Source: Cladosporium halotolerans
Taxonomy: Eukaryota
Length of the DNA: 52,029 nucleotides
Reading direction: 5' to 3'
Assembly: GCF_011745625.1 (NCBI RefSeq)
Contig: NW_027191514.1
Location: forward strand, 1 to 52,029
A model generated the notes under the pieces. It was not told the DNA's origin, made no database searches, and was given only the letters and a program-made list of their open reading frames with translations. The position numbers and the translations under genes were made by a program. Below, one piece after another: positions 24,768 through 37,389 of this stretch; within the stretch, counting starts at the first letter, position 1; each line of letters opens with the position of its first letter.

Positions 24768-25978
24768 ATGAATGAAATCACTCAAAACAATGCGTTGCTG
24801 TTGGGGGAGGTGATGGTCGACGCGAGGCAGGTGTTGGAGCTCAAAGCTCGACGCCCGCTGTCGCCGCCGGCTTCGCCGCTGATGCGGGGTCAGAGGGCGG
24901 AGGGGGTGCGGAGTGGCAAATGGTGACGAGAGGGAAGGCGAGGGCGGGAGGAGCGAAGAGAACGACGATGAGGGTCAGATCGAGTGTGGTGGGAGACGGC
25001 GAAGCCTCGCAGCAGGCTGCGTCCGGCTTTGAGGCCGCGTCGACTGCAGCGCGAAAGAGAAAGGCCGAGGACAGCGTCGACGACAAGCTTGCAGCGATGG
25101 CAGAGACCATCGCACAGCTGGTGGCGACTCAAAAGGAGATGGCTGACAACCAAAAGGCTTTCATGGAGAGCAACAAGGCCATACTGGGCCGCAATAAAGA
25201 GCTGACGGAGATGATCAAGGCGCAGCGCGAGGAGATCAAGGCCCTGCGGGCGCTGATACAGGACAATGCAAGCCAAAGGACATATAGCGAGGTCACTGCA
25301 AACAGTGGCATGCCTGTGGGTCTGTAGAGTTCTCAGACCAGGTCTACGTCTGCAGCCAGCTCACAATTGCGCAAGGAAAAGCCTCAGGTGCGGGACGACA
25401 GAGCAGTGTCTATCGATACCGGCAGGTTTAAGGGATCGAAGAACAATTACAATGTCGTCAGGGACGGCCTCCGCGCTGGACTCAAGGTCAACAAGGTCAC
25501 TGAAAGATTGACAATCAAGTCTCTCCGACCTGGCCCAGGCGACAGGATCGACGTAGTGTTTGCCGACAACGACGAAGCCAATAAGGCCAAGCAGCACACT
25601 CGCTGGCTGACGTCCAGCCTGGCTGGCGCGCGCGTCAAAGGTGAGCAGTGGTATCCGGTCAAGTTCGAAGTGTCGTGAAGCAGTGTGTGCTAGACCAGGA
25701 TGTGAATGACGGTAAGACGCTGAACAAGGACTTTGCGAAGGACTTCAAGGCGGACAACAGCTGCGAGACGGCGGAGTGCACGGTGATGAAGGCCACCTGG
25801 CTCAGCAAAGTCGACGCGAAGAAGAAGGTAGGATCCATGGTGGTCTGGCTGAAGAACAGAGTCGACGCAGACTACCTGCTGCGGACAGGCGCAGCTATGT
25901 ACGGCGCGACCGATGCGTTCTGCTCACCTTTTATCGTTAGGGACAACAGTGGTCCGTGCTATTACTGCAACAGGTACG
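24768..25978 (+). mobile_element. LINE ORF1 (gag-like) pseudogene, 3'-truncated
   Basis: Coiled coil, WYPVKF, KKVGSMVVWL and the start of a knuckle, GPCYYCNRY, after which the homology stops. In-frame TAG at 25325 and a frameshift near 25670. Confidence 0.8.
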
Positions 25979-26749
25979 AAGGCTCGGGAGGCTACCCGGC
26001 AAGAATCTGCACGGCTTTTTTTATACAGCAGTATGACTTTGTGCGGCTGGGTGCCAGTGAGCGATGACTACCTTCCAAGTATGTCTTTTAGAACTGTCCG
26101 CACCTTTCGCCTTAGTAAGCTTCGGCATAACTTGTCCACCTTAGACAGTATCCATCTCAAGGCAAATCCAGCCGAGCCCATCCTGATCACTGGAGCCCTC
26201 GGCTATTTCCATGAAATTCGGTTCCATTTGGGCGTTGACGTAGTAGGGACGGTAGCCATGCACGATGGGTCGAAGAATCTGGCAAATATTCGCCTCGCGA
26301 CTTTCGGTCCGGAGCTCGTAGTGCAGTGGATCGCAGGTATCTCGGACAAGAAGCAAGGAGCAATAAGGCAACTTGCACAACTCCCCTGGCGCGTTTCCCG
26401 TAAGATCTCGATGCATAGACCTCGGCGTCCAGATCTCCGATCGCCAAAGTCATCACGGCGGCGTTTTGATATGCGGACAGTCCCGGAGTACCAGTCAAGC
26501 TTGAACACCCCAACAAGGAAAGGTGTGGCGGACTGCTTGGATCTTTGGGCTTCGGCAGCGTTGATATCTATGATCCTTGGACTCGACTCCCTTCCCTCAC
26601 ACTCCATCGTAGCTAGGAGATATTGTCCGTTCAGCCTGAAACCCCTTTGGTCACAAAGTTCTGCAAAAAACCCAGCATTCTTGTCGTACTAGTCGAATAC
26701 GCCGCTTACACAAAGACGCTTAGCAAAAGCTCTTGCTGACTCTATTCAG

Positions 26750-27736
26750 CCTACATGAGATTATCGACAGTCCTGCGCGAGTAAAACACCAGTTGGCGCC
26801 TCAGTATCTTGAGACCACGACACTTCCGCGTCTCCTAGTCAGAGCAGAAAGCGCATTCCCCGTCGCTTCCTCGATGGTATGATCGATCGTAGCATGAATG
26901 GTCACAGCCCCGATGCTGAGAGTCTGCAGCTCTCGGCTCACGTACTAAACTTGGCGTGTGACTTATCAGGGTGGCTGTACGAAATCATGGATGAAAGTGG
27001 TGGTGTTGACATTTAGAAAACAGCAAGGCTTTATCAGGACCTACGACAATGGAGTGCGAATCTCTCTCACTTGTACGAGCCGACATCAAGTTCCGGCCGG
27101 AGATGTATGGTCTCAGGTAAGTAACTGAAATACTCCTAAATTCCTCTTGGGTGAGTATCTGACCTGAAACGATGCAGCATGTACGAACACATGGTAGCAT
27201 TGGCTTTGACACCACCACTAAAGCCCACACTGCGTCTCCCTGACAGTCTCGGAACCCCAGAATCGCTGTGCTTACAGCATTGCACGCGGATTCTCGAAAC
27301 CGCAGAACTGTACCGGGAGGTCTGCCCCGCCGATCGGCACTCCACTAGATATCCTTTGTACCATGTTGCTTCCATGGTACTGATTTGTTCGCCGTCAAGT
27401 CCGCGGGCTCTTCATATATTCGAAAGAGCCACTTCACTGCTATCTCGGTACACGGACCACTTCGCTTTGGTGCGATATCTCATGCAAGCTTTGAACAACG
27501 TGGCTATACGCATGAATTTACCGCAGTCTAACAGCATGGTGGACTTGGTCCGAAGGGCAACGTCGTCGATTACAGGGCTGTCCGATAGCCCAGTCGCGTT
27601 AGTGTTGCCGGTCCCTTTGCAAATCATCGAAGACATGCGAAGACAAAGAGTGTGTGGCGTGCAGCGTATGGGCATTGAAGTCGGGCAATTAACAAATCGG
27701 TACCAAGATTTAGAAATTGGCAGTCAACCAAGATAG
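26750..27736 (+). pseudogene. C-terminal part of a fungal-specific (Zn2Cys6-type) transcription factor
   Basis: LACDLSGWLYEIMD...RLYQDLRQW, a GTAAGT intron at 27117, then a 185-aa helical exon (CLQHCTRILETAELY...VRYLMQAL). Internal stop; no DNA-binding domain upstream. Confidence 0.55.
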
Positions 27737-27979
27737 ACAGCAAGAGCTTAGGCAAGCTTGAATATCAATCTTGGGGTTTAGAGAACATACAGCCATTAGT
27801 GTCACAACCCCTCGAGCAAGTAAAAGTGCTCAAGGCTGGGAATGCTGAATGCATGTAATTACAAGTAACGCGGCCCATCCAACTTGCACTTTTGGGACAA
27901 GGAGTAACTTAGCGTTGGTGAGATTCAAGTTAGATTGGCGTACTGATGCAGCGGTCGCAGTCTGTATTTTCTAGCTTGA

Positions 27980-28700
27980 AGCGTTTCCCACCACGCACAG
28001 ACGCACCACGTGCACAGCCAACATCGGCTTCCACCAAAACTTTTAATTGTTCATATATCAATACACATTCATGCAAAACAGCTGAAAATGAGCGCGCGTA
28101 AAGAGCGTAGAGACTGCGTCATGGACCGCGCGCCTTACTAGTTACTGTAGCGAGCCGGCAGTCTCGATTCACGACCTCTTCTTGTCACGGGCTGTTTCAT
28201 GCGCTCTTCGACTACAGCCTGTACGGGACTGACCTCCGCGCTTTTTGCAGCTGTTTGCTTTTTTGGTTTTCCTCGCGGTCTTCGAATTGATACGCTCGAC
28301 TGAGCTTCGAACTGTTTCAGTGCCATTTTACCGCGTTTTCCTTCGCTCCAATAGCCTCCTCTTCAGCAGCTGCTGTCCTCTGGGCTGCAGAAACGGCCGC
28401 TCTGTTCTCAACAGACTGTTGCTGCTGAAGAGTTGGAGGCTCGGGAAGCTCAACAGAGGAAGTATGACAGGGCTGCGGCTTCTGCAAAGACTGCAACCAA
28501 GAAGCCGTGAGGAAGGCTGCAAAGGAGGCCCTGAGAGCTGGAAGGCAGCGCGAGAAAGAAATAGAGGCCGCCAACAAAAGGCCAAAAAGACCTGCAGCCA
28601 AGCTGAAAGTTGTGGAGAAGTCTACTACACCAGCAAGACAGCCTCTTGCTTAGATGGCTCCAAACCAGCAAAGTTCAAGAAATGGGAGGCGTACAAGAAG
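27980..28700 (-). mobile_element. pogo/Fot1-like 3' remnant (copy 2)
   Basis: K/R/A-rich tail ending PVTRRGRESRLPARYSN* (28138), matching KTRKGRLVRRPARYRT* of copy 3. TIR-like AGCGTTTCCCACCACGCAC at 27980. Confidence 0.55.
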
Positions 28701-28813
28701 CCAGCTCGTCTATGATAAACTGAATAGATAAACCCTTCCAACAGTGACACGTCTGGGCCGCTCGCGCGCTTCGCGTAGTCGTACTCTATAACCAGCTATT
28801 GGTGTGTAAGCCG

Positions 28814-30270
28814 ATGCAAGTCCTGCAACTGAACATGCAAAAACGGCGAGAGGTGCAACACAGCGTGATGAATGACGAGCGCCTGGAGGAATATGCGGCT
28901 CATGTCGTCAGCGAGCCCTACGTTTTCGAGACGGAAGGGAAGGTGAGGACGAGCCCGATGGGACATCAGAGCTGGACGGCCATCCTGCCGAGCCAAAGGC
29001 ACGACGGACGCTGGGCGGTTCGAAGCATGCTGTGGGTGCGCAAAGTCATCGAGTGGGAGCAGGCGACTGCCATCGGCAGACCTCACAGTGGTTCTGCTGC
29101 GACTGCCGGACAGGTCAGTGTTGCTCGCGTCGGTGTACGTGAAAGGGGCAAATGCTGCAGCGTTGAGCGAGACGGTGATGCTGCTCGACACCGCAATAAG
29201 CACTGCGCGGCGCCGCGGTGGCTCGCGCCTTGATATCGTGGTTGCTGGCGACTTCAACCGTCATGACAACTTGTGGGGAGGATTCGAGGTCCTGCCGAAT
29301 CGACAAGGCGAGGCAGATCCTATATCGACTTCAAGAACATATGGGGGGACTCGAGAGCTTCCTGCCTCGCGGCACGAAGACGTGGCAGAACGCATTCCGC
29401 GCTACCACGATCGACCTCACGTTGGCGTCGCAGGAGCTGGCGTCGAGCGTTCTCCCGTTAAGATACATGATACGGAGCACGGCTCAGCTCATCGCGCGAT
29501 TGAGACGTCCTTTGATGTGGACGCCCCAGATCATGCTACCCAACCGCGGTTGTTGTTCAAAAGTGCTCCCTGGAAGGCAATCCGAGAGCGCATTGCTCAA
29601 GCGTTACAGGATCGACCAGCGTGTGCTGACGTCCAGAGACAGGCCGACCGTCTGACGCAGGTTGTACTGGACGCGATCAGCACGCTGACGCCCAAAGCCA
29701 AGCCCTCACCGTATGCGAAGCGGTGGTGGACGCAGGACCTCACGAAGCTCCGCCGGGTATACACGTACTGGAGAAACAGGGCGCGTGCGCAGAGACGAGC
29801 CGGAGAAGCACTCTCGGAGCTAGAGCAACAAGCGCGAGCGGCAGCGAAGGAGTACCACGATGCGATACGCAAGCAGCAAAGACTGCACTGGGATGAGTTG
29901 CTGGCGGAAGACACCAACATCTGGGATGCCACCCGCTACCTCAAGCCCGAAGATGGCTCGGGGTGGTCGAAGATCCCACCGCTAAAAAAGGCGGACGGGT
30001 CAACGACGACGAACACCTCCGAGCAGGCCAGACAGCTGTTTGCTACCTTCTTCCCACCACTACCCGAGGCCATAGCGGACGAGGGAGACCGACCACAAAG
30101 GCAGCCCGTCCCCATGCCGGAGCTGACCGTGGAAGAGATCGAGTGCTGCCTTATGAAGACCAAGCCGTGGAAGGCCGCGGGCGAAGACGGCCTCCCAGCA
30201 GGAGTGTGGAGACAAATATGGCCGGCCGTGAGTGAGAGTGTCCGCCGCCTGTTTCAAACGTCCCTCGACT
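28814..30270 (+). mobile_element. LINE ORF2 relic: AP endonuclease and linker, cut at the start of RT
   Basis: MQVLQLNMQK...SEPY, AGDFNRH, GSAHRAI (SDH motif altered), KRWWT, KAAGEDGLP. Frameshifted. Confidence 0.9.
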
Positions 30271-30310
30271 GTACCCGACAGGCCGAGTGAAAGCAGTGTT
30301 GGTTGGAGCC

Positions 30311-31803
30311 CAGAGATGCACACAATCAAATTCTACTTGACGACTTGACTGATTGATCGGTAACTAAGCTCTTGACTAGGCGCCCAATCAATCAATTCTT
30401 GAGCTCCCAGATTGTTCGTTAACTTGCAATTCAAAGTGAAATTGCGTTGTGATAGGGTAAGGGTTGGGGTTGAGCTCGAGCTTCCCGCAAGCTCGACAGT
30501 TGAAGTCCGCTGACCAATCAGAGCGCGCTGCGCTTTGCGACTGTGCTATCCAACGCGTCGCGCGTCCACCACAACGCCACAACGCTCGAAATTCCATGCC
30601 CGCACGTGAGCTTGAGACAGACAATGACACAACCAATCATTGCAACATCCGAGACAGCCGACAACGGCCGTGCGCCCGTGGTTGACAGTTGTGTGAATCC
30701 ACCGATTGCCAGCTTGACAGGTGTCGACTGGCGGCGCGTCAAAGGGTACGAGGCGGCTTGCAACATCAAGAAGAATCCCTCGTGGATCTGGCAGCATGGC
30801 TATCGACTTTGGAACGAAGATGAGCCCGAACTCTGGCTCTGTAGACGATATCACCGCGGATCCGTCAAACGTCCGTTCCCCAAAGGCCACATTTTCCAGA
30901 CCACGCTCGCGCGACGTCTGCGGCAGCTGCATCTCCACAAACATCACTCGCCTGAAGAGGGCGGAGCCATTACATCTATACGACCGCCGTTGAAGAGGCG
31001 AAAGATTGAGAGCTGGAGCTTCAGCGCCGGACTCAGCAGGAGCAATCAGGCTCCGGCTTCGACTACAACAGGTTCAGGGCTCTGCTGCTGGGGTGGGTGA
31101 TCGCCGAGAGTATTTCTTTCCAGAAGGTAGAGTCTGACCACTTCCGTCAACTACTGGCTTTTGTGACTCCAGTATCCGTCTAGAAGACCACATGCCAAGG
31201 CGTACAACACTTTCGAGGTGGGTAGCTAGAGCCTACGATCAGCAGCTAGAGGTTGTCGAAGAAGTAATTACTTCAGCGACGACGCGGATCAACTTCTTGT
31301 TCGATCTGGGAACGTCGCAAAATCAGCTTGCGCTTTTGGGTCTTGCCGCACATTTACTCGACCGGTCAGGCATGCCGCGCACTGTGCTTCTAAGCTTCTC
31401 CCGGCAGAAGGGAAGACACTGTGGACACAATATCTCGGAGGCAGTAGCCGAGGTCGTGCGCGAGTTTGATACCGGTGACAAGCTCGGCTACGTCGTCACG
31501 GACAATGCTTCGAACAACACCACGTGTCTCAAATTCCTCAGTGAACAATTTGGCTTCATCGGTCCTGAGTACCACGTGCGCTGCACAGGTCATGTTCTGA
31601 ACATTGTCGCAAAAGCAATCGCCTTCGGGAGCGTTGTCGATGCGTTCGATGCAGATCTACAGGATCTCAGCTTCGAAGACCTTGAACTCAGCAAATGGCG
31701 CAAGACAGACCCGACAGGCAAGCTACACCATGTTGATAAATATATCACCGGATTCCCACAGCGCATCGAAGCCTTCGACGACATCCAGCGCAAAAGCAAT
31801 TAG
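30311..31803 (+). mobile_element. Restless-like hAT relic, 3'-truncated
   Basis: SWIWQHGY...WLCRRYH BED relic, VTDNASNN, VRCTGHVLNIVAKA, KWRK..PTGKLH. A CAGAG-starting putative end at 30311 is followed by TCAA/TTGA-rich repeats. Confidence 0.85.
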
Positions 31804-32579
31804 GTAGCGTAGGCGACACAGTCTTCAAACTTGTCATGGACAACTTTACTCCTTTGTCTTCTAACGGTAGACCGTACATAGCTCTGTATCTGATCTGATT
31901 GCCAACCATCCCTACGTGCGGTGCATACGGCCTCCCTCCCGTGACAATGGGCCAGGGTATTCTATATGTCCTAATGAATCTGGGTCTTTGCACCTCCACG
32001 GGTTTCCAACGCACAGTAACTGCGAGCCTAGAATTCTAAGAAATCCCACACCTCATGCTATATAGACGGTATGCTGTGATTGGGAGGAAGATTACGGGCG
32101 CTAGCGGGAGGCCATTTTGGTAAGGCTGACAACGCCACAGCTGCTAGCAGAGGTCAGTGGCTTAAGACCGGTGTGGCTGCTCCCGAACATTTTCTTGGCC
32201 TTCCGTCTATTCCTGCTTGGTACCGTCTCATACACTTTGCCCGCCATCCTGGCTTAGTCAAGCCGACATTGCTTTTGGCCCAGTGCCTTTCTGTGTTATG
32301 TTGCGTGTGGTACGAGCTACACAGCACCCTACCTCCTCTCCCCCTCTTTTGCCTCTTTCGGGAATAGTATAGACAGGGCAGTCCACGAATTGAAATTCTT
32401 GCAGAAGCTAACACAGCCCTTGTCTGCTTGCGCGTAAACTCCGAGCTGTGGCCTGTATCAACGTTGGGTCGGCATAGTCGGAAGCGCGACGGCGATGGGT
32501 ATGCTGCCCTCGGCGTACAGTTGATAGAGCTTAGTCGCCGCATATGGTCTTTGAGTCGAAGTAGGTCTGCTTGCCCAGG

Positions 32580-32820
32580 TTCATCGCTTAGGGAGCAGCG
32601 TTATCAGCGAGCTTGAACTAAGAGCGCTCGAGAGCGCGTCGCGAGTAGAGAGCTTGTCAAGGCCTCGGCGGCGATGGCCAAGTGGTGCGGCGGGCTGCGG
32701 CGGCTTGATGTCGTCCTGGAATGTCACGGTACGCAATGGGCTTCGCGCGTACCATTCGGGTGAAGACTGTCGAAGGCACGATGTAGGCTTTCTCTAGGTG
32801 GTTTGGCTGGGTGAGGGAAT
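32580..32820 (-). repeat. Dispersed unannotated repeat, copy A (homologous to 42020-42260)
   Basis: Shared 17-mer GGTTTGGCTGGGTGAGG (32800 and 42242) and collinear translation ending ALSSALSSS..TLLP(K/R)R*. Confidence 0.75.
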
Positions 32821-33198
32821 GTGATGGGGTTGTTTTGCACGAGTTGAGTGAATTGCGGAGGGAGCGGCGCGGGTCTCCGCCGCGAAAAGATTCAACGAAG
32901 CATGGGTGGGCAGCACCCGGGGCTGGAGACGCTCGTGATTGGGTCTTTCAGTCATCGGTAAAAGAGGAAAGAATTTAAGAGTAAACAAGACGTGTGAGCA
33001 CTGAAGGCTGCTGCGGGAATATACTGTATTGTCGAATATGCCCGAGATAGTCGTGTGGCGTTTCCCCGCATATCATGTCGGGCCCGCGGATCACCTTCTT
33101 TCGATTTGCCACCCCTTGTGATATCTATGGTCATGTGATCTCAGAAGGACCGAGCATGCCTGACACACCCGCGCGTCAGCTGCCTCGGCGCGTCAGCG

Positions 33199-33263
33199 CG
33201 TCATTCGCATCAGCACGTCATTCGCATCAGCACGTCATTCGCATCAGCACGTCATTTGCATCA
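33199..33263. repeat. 17-bp tandem repeat, about 4 copies (CGTCATTCGCATCAGCA)
   Basis: Three perfect units plus a degenerate fourth, read directly. Confidence 0.95.
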
Positions 33264-34867
33264 ATGCGTCAATTGCGTCGGCGCTCCCGACGCGCCATCT
33301 GGCGTTCTGCGCATGCATTCCTCTGTTGTTGCCACTCTCGCGCCTCATCTGCATCTTCTTTCTGGCACGGGCCGAAGACACTGGATCGGAGACACTCAGC
33401 GCATTCAGTACCGTGCGCGGAGGCTGTCAGCTGCCTCGAGTGCTCAATTTCCCTTAGACATTTCTCGCCCCAACTAATACGAGCTGGGAAGGCATCCCGA
33501 TCAGATGCAAGCAGGTGCCCCTTGCTGATGAGGTCGACAAAGCGCGCGAGCCAACGCATGCCTTTACGCCGCAGCTGCATATGGAAGACGGTTGGCACTT
33601 GCACTTGCGGCACATCGCTACTTTCAAAGATGTAATGACCCGCTGTCTTTGAATCCTGAGCTTCTCATAGTAAGAGTGTCCAATTTGCAGAATGGCAAGA
33701 ACGTACCGCTATGTTTGCCGGTCAGCTGAAGGTACAACGCCATCGCGATTTCCTTTTCAATTCTGCAACCTACCAACGCTTCAGCAATCTCACAAGCATC
33801 GCCCGCCTGGCCAACATCGGAGCCGCACAGGATGATCGATCCGGCAAGACATGCGGTAAAGTTACATCCGTCAACAGGGATCGTACGGGTTCTGAGCCGA
33901 CGTTCAAAATCTGCGTATGCGGCTATACGGTGTTGTCTCACAACTCCCGGGGCATGCGTGGAGGAGCTCTCATATTCAGCAAGTGTCAAGCCAGGCTGCA
34001 GGTGAAGCTGGTCGATGTAAGGGCGAAGAAGATCAGTATACAATTGAGCGCAACGATTATCAAGCTGCTCAATTGTGTTTGACTTTGCTGGCGGTTGATG
34101 GGCCAGAGCACTCTGGCCGGAGGCATCGCACGGTGATTCCTTGTATGGTGGATTGCGTTACATCATGAGACGTGCCCGTACTACAGCCTAAAATGTAGGC
34201 GAGAGCAAGATAGTTATTGGTGAGTGGGGGAAATGAGAATTTGTTCAAGCGTGTCGATTTACGGAAACCCCACGGGAGCGCAGCGATCGAGAATTCAACG
34301 ATTGCCATCAAGGTAGCAGGATACACTTGCGTTGCTGTGGTCGCGACCACTTTGGCACATGCGCTGGGAAAGGGAGGTGCTACTTATGTACTAGGGTACA
34401 AGATGGTGCGGAACATCGTTGTCAGGCAGTGTGATGAGAAGAAAGTGATGCCATGTGAGCATCGTCCTGCCGAATGTGCGAACTGCTGAGTCTGTCACAC
34501 CGCCACATCGCCGAGATCTTTTGACAAGTGGCAGCAAAGGTACCATGGCTAGACAAAAGGTCCGATTCAGCCCTGCGAGCCCTGCTTTAGTTGCGTCTGA
34601 CTACTTATGGCTGAATGATGATGACTCATTCATTATTTGGGTGATGTCATGCTCAGCCAAATTCCACATTGTTACCTTTCGTCTCCGGTTGCTGGTGAGG
34701 ATAACCGTCTCTGCGGGTGAGACGTTAAACACGCCTACTATCGTAAACATTTATCGATGGCCTGCCTTACCTCCGTAAAGCACAACGAATCCAGGATAGT
34801 TGCGGAAAGAAGTGATACGAGCCCTATCTCGACGTCGCCGATAGCAGATGCGAACCCCCTTGAGGCT

Positions 34868-35140
34868 TACTACGGCAACATGCTCCAGGCTGCATCGTCT
34901 CGAGGGAACCAAAGGGCGGTGAAGGTACTAATCAGCGAAGGCGCTGATGTCAATACGGAGGGCGGCCACTTCGCTACTGCGCTACAAGCCGGCTTATTCC
35001 GCGGTCGTGAAGAGACAGCTGCTGTATGGATACGGCATGGAGCGGATGTTAACGCGCAAGGGGGTCCATATGGGAGTGCCCTGCAAGCTGCGTGTCTACG
35101 AGGGAATCTGTCAGTTGCAACACTGCTATTGCGAAACGTC
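34868..35140 (+). pseudogene. Ankyrin-repeat fragment (about 3 repeats)
   Basis: YGNMLQAAS..G...VKVLISEGADVNTEGG, repeated as ALQA...GADVNAQGGPYGSALQAACLRGN. This repeat style is common in fungal NLR-like proteins. No NACHT or other domain seen nearby. Confidence 0.8.
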
Positions 35141-35399
35141 CGCGATAGGCGAGCTGAACAACGAAGCGCAGTCACGGGTCTATCAACACCACCACGCGTT
35201 TATACCACAAAAATCAATGAAACCCACCAGCAAAGAAGATGGCCTTGATCCTGGCTGTACATACTGTCGGAAAAGATCCGGATCTCAGTACTTCTTTTCT
35301 CTTTGAAATCATATTGTATGCAAGCTATCTAGCTTATGACAACCCCTAGCTAGTTGACTAGAAGACTTCTCGTTCCTGAATGTGCTCTTGCCTCTACTT

Positions 35400-36360
35400 A
35401 TCTCTTGTGCTCCTGCTCGCCGTCCCGGCTACCTCTAGCCGCCACGGCTTTCGGGCTCGATGCCCTCCTACTGTCCTATCTTCCTGATTCGTTGCCTCCT
35501 CATCCGCCGCCTCGCTCCAACGTCTCTTCGATAGTCCCCTCGCTCCCATCAAGTCGGTCCATGTCCCATTCATCGATGGCTCTCACTTCTTTGTCTTCCT
35601 TCATCTTCCCTACTGCAGTGTATTCGAGGAACCGTAACACTGCTTCCGCTGCGCTTTCGCCAAAAAGTATCTGAAGGTCTGATGTGTCTCCGCGCTGAGA
35701 TCCTGATCTTCTTTTGATGCATGTCTCTCAGCATCACATCACGCTCTCTCCTCCACTTCCGATATTCCATCAGTAGGTGGCCAACAGTCTGTATGCTGCT
35801 GTCACACCACCAGCAACGTGCATCTTGTGCCTGCTTGGTCCTGAGCAGATACTCGCCGGTTATGGCATGGCCCGACTTGAGCTGCAGGTATCTCGCCGTC
35901 ACTGACTTTTTGCCATCACTGATGACTTTGCTGGTCTTCGATGCACGCTTCCACCTCGCTTTGTTCGCCTGCGTCACGTATGAGAGCGATGCCGACCGCA
36001 TCGCCTTCGGTTGCTGCGTCGCTGCAAGCCTCGCTGCAGCTCTCACGGATTCCATGCGTCCTACGCTCTCACCTGTGGGTATGTGTGACAATATCACTCG
36101 GTCGCCCCGTTCTTGGATGAGTCTAATCTGGTGCTTGATGTCTCGGATCAGCGGCGTAGTCCAGTGGCTTGCTTTGTCAATAGCAGATAAGGCTTGGTGT
36201 GAGTCCGATAGTATCTCGGCGCACCATGTTGCGGTTCCTGGCAGTGAAGACCGGCATATATGAACAGCCATGCGGATTGCGTACAGGTCGGCGTCAAGCA
36301 TCGTGAGGTATTTTCCAAGTGAGTCCGCCTTCACCTTGTTTCTGTTTCCTACCACCCAGC
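35400..36360 (-). mobile_element. LINE ORF2 3' relic (RNase H-like region and Cys/His motif)
   Basis: SLGKY...QQPKAMRSASLSYV...ARYLQLKSGHA...ARCWWC...TVGHLL, clearly paralogous to 45534-46226. Confidence 0.85.
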
Positions 36361-36374
36361 CGTCTCTCGGGTCA

Positions 36375-36455
36375 TAAGTGCGAGGCGTTGTTCATTGTAA
36401 TGTAAGGCAGCGATCAGGGACGGCTCATACGGTCTCCGTGCATAGCCTGAATGAA

Positions 36456-36487
<32 letters not shown>
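36375..36487 (+). repeat. Short retroposon-like 3' tail ending in (CAT)10, copy 1
   Basis: 36419-36451 is an exact 33-bp reverse complement of 41802-41834 and is followed by a CAT microsatellite. Confidence 0.65.
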
Positions 36488-37389
36488 CGTGGGAGTCTAG
36501 TCAAGACTACAACGTCTTCAATCGGCCGCGGACAATGCGGAGACGAAGTGGGCTGTGCTCGGCCGCAATCAACCACAGCCACTGAGCATGGCTGCCAACT
36601 TCGACTAGCATGCCGAAGGAGCCGACCTCTCGGAATGGCGTTGCTCGACCGGGCGCTGGAGAGCGAAAGTATCACCTCAAGGCAGTCCGTCGCTATCGCC
36701 GTGATCGTGTCCGCGACCAGATGCAGAGGTATTAGAACATTCGCTACGCCACCGGCGCTCGCAATATGCAGGGTCTTCAGCATGCGCAACGCGCCTTCGC
36801 GCGAGCTTCTCATGGCGGCCAAGCGCACGATTCTGTTGGAGCCCACGGGCTGCCTGCAGCTCGCCGCGAATCTCGAGGCGGTCGACGAGGTGCGTGCATC
36901 GAAGACAGCTCATATATCAAGGCACCGTATTTGCTCAGGTCACATCTGGGGCAGCAACATCACCACCATCACCACCACCTGAAGACCAGGGCTCGAGCGG
37001 AACCCTAGACTCGAAGCCATGTGTCGCAGCGAACGTCCTTCGCATGCCAGCCACCCCTGCAACGCCGTATACGGTATGCCCGCGCGCCAGGTTTGTGCCT
37101 GCTGGACCCTGCATTGAAGAGAAGAAGGCCTGGGCGGCTAAGATGGCCGACACCGTAGCACAGCGTTATGGTCGGGCTTGATCGTCTGTACGCCAACACC
37201 GCTACTTCTTTGAAGGAGCTAGGGTTCAACGTTGTTGACGCCCAGAGAGCTGTGGCGATGGCGCAAGCGATCAAGTTGGCCGAGGAGGTCAATTGTATCG
37301 TAGCGTCTCTGCGACTGCGGGCGCGCGACGGCGACCATAGATGGGTATGCCAATCAGGTACGGTACTAAATTCATACCCGGGATGATGG

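Noticed and set aside
25913..26692. 259-aa plus-strand ORF
   Set aside because: Spans the LINE breakpoint and has no recognisable domain; probably incidental or the shadow of an unidentified relic.
33199..33263. CRISPR-like array
   Set aside because: Units are directly adjacent with no spacers, and the context is eukaryotic. The same applies to 44742-44828.
33269..34350. Chain of minus-strand ORFs that may be a decayed gene
   Set aside because: No family motif and no convincing splice model.
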